Shown here: one piece after another, positions 1 to 10,758 of the stretch
Position numbering within the stretch: position 1 is the first letter of the stretch
How the letters are laid out: every line of letters begins with the position of its first letter
Source of the DNA: Ascidiella aspersa
Lineage: Eukaryota
Assembly: GCA_963924565.1 (NCBI GenBank)
Contig: OZ004611.1
Location: 26,660,001 to 26,724,000 of the forward strand
Direction of reading: 5' to 3'
Length of the DNA: 64,000 bases
Notes under the pieces: model-generated
Told to the model about the DNA's origin: nothing
The model's database searches: none
What the model saw: only the letters and a program-made list of their open reading frames with translations
Made by a program: the position numbers and the translations under genes

Positions 1-41
1 TGGAGAGCTACTGATGTAAAGTATATGCTTTGTTGCAACAG

Positions 42-3000
42 GAAAACGTCTGTGACGCGATTTACCATTGCAGCGATAAAAGCGATGAAGCGAACTGCCA
101 AACGTGCTGGCCTGAAAAGGCATGCGACGAAAACTTGGAATGTATATATGGCTACTTTCCATGCGGCAACGGTAGGTAAAAAGGTTTCGATTATCAAATA
201 GCATTCAAGATTATTAAAAAAAAAAACATTATGACGAGCGAAAACGGCAAAAGGTTTGTTCAAAAAATAGAAAATTACTTTAAAGAGAAAATTTATTGGA
301 CGTGGTTCCCTTAAAATGGTATAGGGTTCCTCGAATACACTAAACATTTGACAATTATTTTTTATGCAAGGTGACAGTTTTGGAATGAACACTTTGTGTT
401 TCAGCATTTTTAGGTTTTGTTTAACGTCATTATTTCATTATATTTACACAAATATAACTATGAGCGCAAGTGTTTGCAGAGTTATTAGCCCGGTCAAGCC
501 TAACAAATTAGAGGCATTGATAACTTGTTCAATAGGTCCGGGACTAAAACAGGTCATGAACACGTTGTTATAAGGCAACTTGATAAAGCACTCCTAGGTT
601 TTCCATTTTATGCGGACAATACCAGCCAACTTTAGACAGACGTCCCTAAGAATTAATAATTAACAATACAGTTTTGAAAGGCACTTAATGTTAATAGCGG
701 CCCGTTCTTTTAAATTAGCGTTCTCAATCTTTTCTGTGCCGTATTCTACGCAGTGTTTTTACCGTCACTGCGTATCACCTGGCTTCAACAGCAATCCTTT
801 TGCTCTCATTTACATAGGTTTATTTGGACCAGAATAAGTACCCGCTCCCAAGCTTTAAGATAAAGACCAGCTGCGGATTTTAGATAGATAGAATATATAT
901 TCATACTTAGTCGCAAACCTTTGATTGCGCTATACTTTTCCTAAACTCCGCATAAGACTTGAAAGTTGCTTGCAAAGCACCTGTAAAGCGGTTGGAACAC
1001 AAGTTAAAAAACATTGCCTCATCAATATTATATGTAAATGCATACACACAGGAAAAATTAGTTCCAACGCATATTTCGTATCCACATGGAATTTCAACGG
1101 TACCTGTGACGTTTAAGTTATTGTACGGCGCTGTAAAGTGTACCACGCTTTAGGTTAGTGTCCCGTCCTTTTCGAATAAGATTTACGAACAACGGTTGCT
1201 GCCTTCAGGAAAATGCATCGACTCTTCGCGTGTTTGCGACCAACGGAGAGACTGTCTCGACGGTAGCGACGAGATAAGAGTCGGCTTCGGATTCAAATGT
1301 ATGATAGGCAGCAACTTCGACACTTGCGTTCTGAGCCAGAATCTTTTGGAGGACGGGCACGCTACACGATGCGCGGACTACGCCGATGATTGCAGTGTGA
1401 ACGGCACCTATAACTGCTTCAGGTGTTTTGACGGGAAGTTCGAAATAGCAGGACAACAGGTGGGTAGGGATGCATCTTACCTGTACACACACATTTCTGT
1501 AGCTATTCTATTCGTCTCTATAGCTCATTGATTCCACAGTACTTAAGCCTATGTAATGACAATATGCCAGCAATTTAAGATCAATACCAGTATACTCAAC
1601 TGTTACACATAAGTGTTACACAACTGTAATCTTGCCCTTCTGAAGTTGCTATTTGGCCAACGATGTCGATGTTTTGCACTTTATTGCGATAACCGATCTT
1701 TTAGCAAAAACTAACTTATATTTGCTGAAAGTGCTGTGCATAGGAACGCAACCGATGGCTAAAATATGTCAAGTTAGCTTGGTAGGGGATACACACGTGT
1801 CGTACGCTCCTGTAGTATCTGGCGAACAGCATCAGTGAAAATATATAATAACTTTGGCCTTTCAATCCACTCTTTTCGTTAAAGATTACAATACAGTTTA
1901 CAACCATCGACAAATAAAATAAAACGACGCTCAATTTGCGAAAATCAAATGGTATACTTGGGCACACTATTGCACGGATCTGTAATGTAGCTTGATAATA
2001 AATTGTAAAGCCAAAAAGGTCTAGTAGGTCGACAGCATCTTGATTAAGACGTTTCGATACGAGCTTGTATCAATGTATCATCTTCAGTTGATGTGACTGA
2101 GAACCACATTAAGCATCACTTATAAGAGATGGGACACAATAGTTACCAGTCTGAGTTTCGAAAGTTGGGCCATTATTTAGCACCTTCAGGTATTAAACAG
2201 GTACAGCGGTGTTGATAAGGTGTCAACGTTCAGTTCGGGGCTGCAGTCTTGGATAGATAGCGACTCGAGTAGCCGCAATCTAAAAACGTCTGAACCGAGA
2301 ACTTCGGGTTTGCCAAAATCAACCTTATGATCGGAATGTTGCAGAAGATGCCTGCAAACCTCTGGTTTCTAATCGACCCTATGTTCTTTGACCCTCGTTA
2401 ACAGGTTCCTTAGGGTTTGGCCAATGTAAAGAGCACCACATGAACAACTTAATTTGTACACGAGACTAGATCGATGTAAATGTTCTTGGCGATCCTTGAT
2501 TGCCCAGCATTTCGTAATCTTAGTTGTGTCATGAATTAACCGAAACCCAACTTTGCCACCAGTAGAGCGCAGTACAAACCTATGTAATTTACGACGTATA
2601 TGATGTGAGGCTGAGCCTAAGTATGGTAGCCGCATCAATATATAGCGTAACGGGTTGTCCTTGCACTGTGTTCAAGGTGCTTTTTCGAGTCGGTGTTTGT
2701 TATTAAAAAACTGCTCGATGCACCATTCGAGAAATTCCAGCGGACATCCGTTGCTTAGTAACATTCGCTTGATCTTGTTGATGTCCATATGGATAACCTT
2801 GTAGGAGTTAGCGATCCTGTAAGCCTTTTGTAACAGAGAAAAAAACAAATTACGTTTGTAAAGTCGAGGTGTTAAGCTGCACCATTTAGTGTAGAGACTT
2901 GTGTGCGTTGGTTTCCTAAATGTCGATGTTCGGGCTATTCCGCTGGCCCCGATGATGGCAGACGTTATGATGAACCACGTGATACAGAAGGCAATCGACA

Positions 3001-6000
3001 AGACCAAGCCGGATCACAGGCCTGAGCTACTTTGTCGTTACGTTGACGACATGTTTTTGGTGTTTTCTAATGCTAAATCTCTGAATGTGTTTTTTGACTG
3101 CATTAACTCCATTCACCCCAGTCTATCGTTCACTAAGGAGCTAGAACACAACAACACTATCAGTTTTCTAGACGTTTTAGTGGAAAATGCCAGCGGAATA
3201 GCCTGAACATCAACATTTAGGAAACCAACGCACACAGGTCTCTACACTAAATGGTGCAGCTTTACACCTCGACTTTACAAACGTAATTTGTTTTTTTCTC
3301 TGTTACAAAAGGCTTACAGGATCGCTAACTCCTACAAGGTTATCCATATGGACATCAACAAGATCAAGCGAATGTTACTAAGCAACGGATGTCCGCTGGA
3401 ATTTCTCGACTGGTGCATCGAGCAGTTTTTTAATAACAAACACCGACTCGAAAAAGCACCTTGAACACAGTGCAAGGACAACGCGTTACGCTATAATAGA
3501 TGCGGCTACCATACTTAGGCCCAGCCTCACGTCACATACGTCGTGAATTACATAGGTTTGTACTCCGCTCTACTGGTGGCATAGTTGGGTTTCGGTTAAT
3601 TCATGACACAACTAAGATTACGAAATGCTGGGCAATCAAGGATCGCCAAGAACATTTACATCGATCTAGTCTCGTGTACAAATTAAGTTGTTCATGTGGT
3701 GCTTCTTACATTGGCCAAACCCTAAGGAACCTGTTAACGAGGGTCAAAGAACATAGGGTCGATTAGAAACCAGAGGTTTGCAGGCATCTTTTGCAAAATT
3801 CCGATCCCAAGGTTGATTTTGGCAAACCCGAAGTTCTCGGTTGGGCTTCAGACGTTTAAGATGCTGTCGATCTACTCAACCTTTTTGGCTTTGCAATTTG
3901 TTATCAAATGGTATAGGTTTAGGCATAATACATCCCAGTCTACCATTTCTCTTTTGGTTATGAACGGGATAGTAAAACGTTGGATTCAAAAAAAGAACCA
4001 CAGAAGTTTAAAAAAACACAATTTTGAGTAAGTTTTGTAGGGCTGTTTGTAAAATTATTTTCAATTGATTTACATATATTAAATTGGTCAATGCTAGCCA
4101 CAGCAAGCTTGTTCACTCTGTTCAGGTTTGTGACGGCGTGATAGACTGCCACGACTTTTCGGACGAGTGCCTCTGTCCTGGGTCGTTCGCAGCCGACTCA
4201 CTTTGTCAATCAATCTGCACGTACATGGACGAAAGTCTGCATAAGGCCTCCACGTTCACGTTTCGCAAACTGTCCAACACGAGGTAGGTTCTGTGTTGTT
4301 TACGATATAGTTGTGAGAGTTCTAGCGATTTTTCCTTGCAAAATGACCCTGTAACTTTTCCAACTGGTGTTGACAATGATTTGTTGAATTGCTTACTGTT
4401 ATGTGCGTACTACGTTATTTAGCGTTATAAGTAGGCAAAGACATTACCGAAGCTTTCTATGTTTGTTTTTTATGATCAAGTCCATAAAACACATTGAGTA
4501 TATCTGGGCTTTAAATTCCGAAATTCACGCATTTCATAAAGTTAAGAGGGCTAGCCTTAAGCCCAACCTGTCGCTTCTTGATAGGTGCTATTTTTTATTC
4601 TCTTCCTTCTTTCAATTTTGTTGTTTAAGCAAAATAATAATAATAAAAACGTTTTAGCGAGTTGTGCACTGAGGAGCTTGAGTCGGCACTTAACGGAGTG
4701 CGTTTATTTGGTTGAATAAAGAAGTATTCTAAACAAGTATTTCTTAACCTTTTACTATCATTACCCCTGAGAAAAACTTAATTGCAATTACCCCTATTTT
4801 AAGCAAAACAAAATATACACGGACACGGAAATCTATAGTCTCTGTTTTAATGTTTAGGGTTAAAACTATTGTATTTTATTGGAATGTTACCAGGAATGTA
4901 ACCCCCCAAAAATATTCCTAATTATCCCTCAAAAAATGTCAAATTACCACTTTCGGAGGTCAAGAACTACTGTTCTATACATTTAAAATATGCTACCTAC
5001 TTCTGTATGGGCTTCTATGTTCATTCTACGTCGAACTACAACCTCTGGAGCTTACATGATTTCCATTTTGCCAATAACTATAGCCACTGGAGGAGCAATC
5101 ATAGCAAAAGAAAGCCGAACGAAGCGGTGTTCGATATGGGAAAGAACAGAAATCCGTGCGTTTGCGAGCCTGGTCAGTGGCAATGCGACCGGAACGACAG
5201 AATGAGCAAATGCATCAGCTTCACTCAGGTGTGCGACGGTGTGCCAGACTGCAACGCATCCGTCACCTTTATAATGCTGAGCTCGGACGAGGCAAATTGT
5301 ATGAGCAAAATGAACTTTGGTAAGTATATTGGCTAATTTTCAGAGTATGCGTGACAAAGCTTCTCTCAAAATTGTAATCTTAAGTACATAAGTGACGCTT
5401 TTTAGAGATTGCTATAGTCTTTTTTGTGTGTTTAATGCCTTTTCATTTAACCCTGAAAAAGGCGACATTTACATGTCGCAGAAACGTTTGAAAACACCAG
5501 AGTAGCTATTTTCCATTAATATTAAGCCTCGTAGCAGCAGTTTATATATTTCATTATTTATTCCGTATTAAATTTTAACGAATAAAATAGTTTTATTTGC
5601 AGTTTTGCGCAGCAAAATTATACCTAAGGCGCAAACAACCCGAACAGTTTGAGTCACGGTTTTTATAGCTTTACATTCTCGCGTAAAATCTAATGGACAC
5701 AAATGTGCCTTTAAATACATTTAGTTTTGTTTTGTGTGTAACTTCGGGAAGCGTTTCGATTTGAATTTTGGCGATAGATAAAAAACGAAATACCGTTATA
5801 TATGAAAGCGCATAATATTTTATTCAAAATACTTACAATACGTGTGGGTATCGAAACATTTATTGGTATAAATATGTCGATTCGGTCAAATTGTCTGCTC
5901 GATTTTTAGTATCATAATTACTTCAATATAATAAGTTTTCAATATGTGGATCATTTTTAAAGTTTACCCAAATAGAACCATAACTCCAAACGTCTGGTAA

Positions 6001-9000
6001 CTCATATGCTAACTAAAACTGTTTAAATGAACAATAAAAAAATTCAGTAAAAACAGCTCTTCGAGATATTGTTGTACTCCAACGTTTAAACAACGGATCC
6101 AGGTTGCCTTCACCCAGGGCCAATGATATGCCTTTGGTATAATGAAAGCGATCTCGATAGGAAACGTAGAACTAAACGCAAAACAGCCAGAAGAGCTGCT
6201 TTACCTCATGTTATACCTGGCGTTATACCTGGCAACAGCAGTTTCAATTTCCAAGTGTTGATTCAGTAAGACTAATTCTTAACGTCTGTCCCAGACAAAA
6301 AGATGGTGCTGTGTCCCGGGGACGTGAGCAACACGACCCAGATAGAAGCGCTGGCATGCGACGGACGGCCAGAGTGCTACGACTTATCCGACGAGTGCGG
6401 CGCGGGTTGCAAAAGCACGCCTCCTTTTTGCAGGCTGGCAGCGAAGCTTTTGCGCAACAAAGGATCCTTGGAAATCTTGTGCGATCCAAAGTAGGGATTT
6501 TTTATTAGGGGAGGTTGTATAACGTGTTGGGTAGCCCAATGTGATGGAATCACTATGTTGGAATATATACAACTGAGTGTATTTTAGTTTATCGATAAGC
6601 TTACACAGCGTTCTTACGTTTGCTGTCTTCTGGTTATACCAGGATTTTAACCCGTACCCGTCCTGAGGGCCGTTCATCGGTCTTTAAGGGGTATGAGTAT
6701 ATAAGACTTTAAATTTGTGGTTGTAATTTTATTTTACATTTTCCGGAATTGTTTGAAACAAGGCGTTTCTATTTCAATCTCCGTACCGTAACCGTAAGAC
6801 TGGCATGCTATATAGCCTATTCATAGCAATGCAGCTGCATTGGACGTTAGCTTAGCATCACCTAGGAAATGTATACAAAATAAGTGTAACCTCACTGTAT
6901 AAATACAGACAGAGTTGCGTATTGGTACAAACCACAGATCACTACTCACATTCCATTCTACAATAAAACAACTCGTGTATAAAAACAAAACTAAGGTTAC
7001 TTAACAAACGTCATTTGAGCCTTGATTAAAAAATAAACTTTCGATCTTGGCCTTTGGCGAACAGGTACGTTTTTCTCAACGTAAAGCAGATATGCGACGG
7101 CTCTTGGTCCGACTGTAATCCTCGCTTGAGGGAAGAAGAGACGGACTGCCCGGCTCGCTTCTACTGCCAGAGCCGCGGCTTCTTTAGCGTGGACAAGAAC
7201 GTGGTGTGCGATGGGCATCCGCACTGCGATGACTACTCCGACGAGCTGAACTGCACTAATAGGTCGGACTGTACTAGGGCTTATCGGTAACCATTAAGAC
7301 CACACACATCGTTGTTGTGTAATACATGAATCTTTGCTTTAGTCGTTGCCACACTAAAATGTTTCAAACACATTGTCGTTGTGTCCCAAATGGGGCTTCT
7401 GACTTGGCGCTGTAGCCACCAAACTTTTAACAACCACAACTGGCTGACGTCAGTATTGGTAAATATTAGCTAAAACATATTTGAATAGTAAAAAAAAATA
7501 TGCAAAATTTGAAACGTTTTTGTTCAAGCCGTAAACCTCTAGGGGTATTTAAATATGTTAAATTGACAAAAGATACGTAACTTAATTTGTTTTAGTTTCA
7601 TTTTTAAATTGACATTAAAAGCATACCCCTGTCAGATATTATTTTCGTTTACTTGATTCCATTATTCGACACCAAGTGGTAAGTAACCTGAATCAGGTGA
7701 CTGTCGTCTTTCGAAAATCAAAATTTAGAAAACTGGGTTCTGTTTGAAAAAATTGTCACCGGCGAGTTAGATGTTTTCAGACGTTTTCGCTAAAAAGTTT
7801 GCTTTGAGGGTAACATTTTGTACCGTTAACAGATTCTACTGCGAGAGCGGCGTTCCGTTTTCGATAGCCGTGGGGAAAAAGCTGGACGGCATACCAGACT
7901 GCAGCGATCAGAGTGACGAGTGCCCTAAGGAAATGGAGTTTTCTGCCTTCGCCTCTCGCACAGAGCTGTTCGGTGCCCCTGTGTTTCGTGTGACCACCTG
8001 GATCATGGCATTCACTTCCACCTTTGGCAACCTGGCCACGTTTGCTGGTTCCCTCTCCACGCTTTACAACTACGGGTCTCTCACGCCCATCGCCAGGGTT
8101 AACACGCTGATACTGATCAACCTCTCGGTCGCTGATTTTCTCATGGGCTTCTATTTGTTCTTTTTGTGCGGGCAGAGCCTGGCCTTTTCAGGAATCTACT
8201 GCCAGAAAGACAAGGCCTGGAGGTCCAGTGTAACTTGTTCAACCCTGGGAGCGATCGCCCTTGTGTCAAGCGAAGCCTCACTGCTTATCCTTGTCTTGCT
8301 CACAACGACGCGTCTCTACTTTACCAAGTTCCCGTTTAAGTCGCAGCGCATCGGCGTCTTTGTTCCGCTACTGTTTTGCGCGCTTATTTGGGCCGCAGCG
8401 GTTGTTCTCGCCGTCATTCCGAACATGCGAAGCTTCAACAAGGCGTTTGTCACCCACGTGCTAATGCCCACCAACTTTAGCGACCAGGAGCTGAAAAACA
8501 AAGCCTCCTTGACGCGCTTAGTCCAGCGTCTGGCTGTTATTAAACCCTCAGGTGTGCGCCCTCCCCAAAGCGGCTCCTGGTACGAGGAGACTAATTACCT
8601 CAAGGAATTCTATCCTCAGTTCGATGTCCGGGGCTTCTTTGGATTTTTCAGCACCAACAGCGTATGTCTGCCTAAGTTTTACGCGACGACCGACGACTCG
8701 GCTTGGGCCTTTTCGATCGGCATAATGGTGTTCAACCTTGCTGCTTTCGTGTACATAAGCCTGTGCTACTGGGTAGTGTTTCGTTCGGCCGCACAAGGCC
8801 CCGGCAAGGTGTCCAAGCGCATGAAAACAATGCAGCGGCGTATTGCCTTTCTGGTGCTGACCAACTGCATCTGCTGGACGCCTATAATCGTGCTGTCCTT
8901 TATCAGCATCTCCGGTGTTCGACTCAGCAAGGCGGTATACGCCGTGAGCGCAGTTATTCTGCTTCCAATTAACAGCGCCCTTAACCCGCTGCTGTATTCC

Positions 9001-9189
9001 GACGTTACCAAGGACCGCCTCGTCTCCCTGTTCCAAATGCTTCGCTACGTCGCCCTAGCGGGCTACTACAAGCTAACCTGCTCCAGTCAGGAGGCGCCCA
9101 AGAGCAACGTAGCTGCCCTGCCCAACAACAACAAAACCGAAATGACCCAAGTTACTCGACCGCCGATAGTAGACCAGTCTACCTTTTAG
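42..9189 (+). CDS. LDL-receptor class A repeat-containing rhodopsin-class GPCR (LGR/RXFP/GRL101-like 7TM), 5' end outside the window
   Basis: Hand-spliced exons with GT-AG boundaries and consistent phases: 42-171, 1209-1459, 4126-4283, ~5083-5319 (acceptor uncertain), 6295-6490, 7065-7262, 7833-9189. About 8 LDLa modules (e.g. CIDSSRVCDQRRDCLDGSDE, VCDGVIDCHDFSDEC, VCDGHPHCDDYSDELNC). 7TM motifs typical of the LGR/RXFP branch: FRVTTWIMA..FGN, NLSVADFLMGFYL, WRSSVTC, SSEAS, NSVCLP, LVLTNCICWTP, PINSALNPLLYS. Confidence 0.92.
1992..3907. mobile_element. Penelope-like retroelement remnant arranged as a long inverted repeat inside a GPCR intron
   Basis: The + copy (~2948-3907) encodes the RT C-terminus (LCRYVDDMF, ISFLDVLV, FRKPTHTGLY) and a GIY-YIG endonuclease (VYKLSCSCGASYIGQT..R..EH), with stops. 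The - copy (1992-2947) is the reverse complement of 3190-3907 plus ~250 bp deleted from the + arm. A 13-bp direct repeat atcaaatggtata at 1944-1956 and 3903-3915 may be a TSD. Confidence 0.92.
2043..2092 (-). ncRNA. Minimal type I hammerhead ribozyme motif in the Penelope-like element 3' region (probably decayed)
   Basis: The minus strand reads atcaa-CTGAAGA-tgatacatt-gatac-aagctc-gtatc-GAAAC-GTC-ttaat. It has the core boxes CUGANGA and GAAA, a 5-bp stem II (gatac/gtatc), a minimal palindromic stem III and a stem I with one mismatch. Such motifs are known in Penelope-like element pLTRs. Confidence 0.7.
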
Positions 9190-9211
9190 TTTTTGATTCA
9201 TCGGTTTAGGT

Positions 9212-9521
9212 CAGGGGCTCTTAAATATTTTTTTTACCGCGGACCCCTAAACAAATTATTTGCTACTGTTTCGAGATATCGTCATATATTGATGACACAA
9301 CACAAATAGACACCAGGAATTTGCTGTTTCCGGTCCAAACAACGTAAAAGTGAAATGGAATGTAAATACATTGAGGTCAAACTGTTATTTTTATTTAAAC
9401 TCTTCTCTAAAATTATTACTTTCGGAATATACACTAGTGTTTCAATTAGGCCTTCGTGAACCCGCTTAAACTAATACACGGACCACCAAGTTGTCCATGG
9501 ACCTCAGTTTGAGAACCCCTG
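9212..9521. mobile_element. hAT-type MITE just after the GPCR stop codon
   Basis: TIRs caggggctcttaaa / tttgagaacccctg; perfect 8-bp TSD gtttaggt (9204-9211, 9522-9529). Related partial copies start at 33716 and end at 59146. Confidence 0.8.
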
Positions 9522-10758
9522 GTTTAGGTTACTTAAACGGCTTCGAGGGTTATCTCGCATTTCGAGTGAATGTTACAAAAATGCTAATACAGACAAGCAA
9601 CTTCACGTAGGCACACCGGAATTGTTAAAGCATGTTTTATAAACCGAGCGAAAGATCAAAGAAACTTTTCTGTTAATCAAAAAAACAGTCATAACATGAA
9701 TTTGGGTGGTGGCAAAAACAGAATTCCTAAATGCTTTGTGGTTGCGTTTATTTAGTTGTTTTCTCGACACCTAGTTGGTTATAGTTAGCGGTTGGTTTAC
9801 AAAGCCAACAGAGTTGAAAAACAATATGTATAAGCACTATAGCCTACCAATGCTTCTGGACTAGCAATTGAAGTGTAATACACCTAAATTTGAACCGCGT
9901 TCGTGGCCCAACATATTGCAGACACTTGACGTTGATTTATTGTACATATCGATTTGTTTTCGTGATTTACTCGCAGTTATGTATATTACACTTAAGAACG
10001 TCCGATAATATTTTATCGCAGCAGATACACGATGCCAATTATAAGCATCCCTACTGGTCCGACACTAGGGTGGTATCGGTGCCGATCCTGTACCGAATTA
10101 AACGATAAGTTTCAGCGGTAATTAAAAATCCAACCAAGCGATTGTACACTGAAAGATAAATTCTTTAAAAATGTGGATTAACAATTGGTTGTACATAAAC
10201 GTATTAACCTTTAAGCCACTTCTAGCCTACTAACCTAAAATGCCTTTTGGAGTTTAATTTTATCGATTTAGTACGTGAACGCTTAGTAGTGACGTCATTT
10301 GCTATCGCATCGGGCCGCGATTATTTTTTGTCGAAAATATCGGGTATTAGTATCACAATAAAACAAGTATCGGACATACGCTTCGTTCTTTTGTCGTTTT
10401 GCAATTTCATGTTGCACTTTCGAACCACTACAAAGGAGGCCGAACCACAAACCAAATTAAATTAAGCTAAAGTTTAAACAAATATGCTAACCTTGTAAAA
10501 TATGACGTATGATACAGAAGTACATGACAACTGCTTATTCAGTTTTGCAACCATTTTCTTTAATAGATTAAGTCTCAACCTCAACCATAATCCAGAGTTT
10601 TGAGGTCAAAATCGCCTTATCAATCCAATTTCTTGCACTTTCTCTACAAACGCTTTAGTTAACCACAGCTCTTTAACAATTTGCTATTGACGCAGCCGTA
10701 GAACGTGTACGAAATAATTTATTAAAAATACAAATGCGAAATGTAAAAGGTGGAACTG

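Noticed and set aside
8261-9036. Several alternative-frame and antisense ORFs (up to 162 aa)
   Set aside because: Shadows of the GC-rich GPCR 7TM exon.
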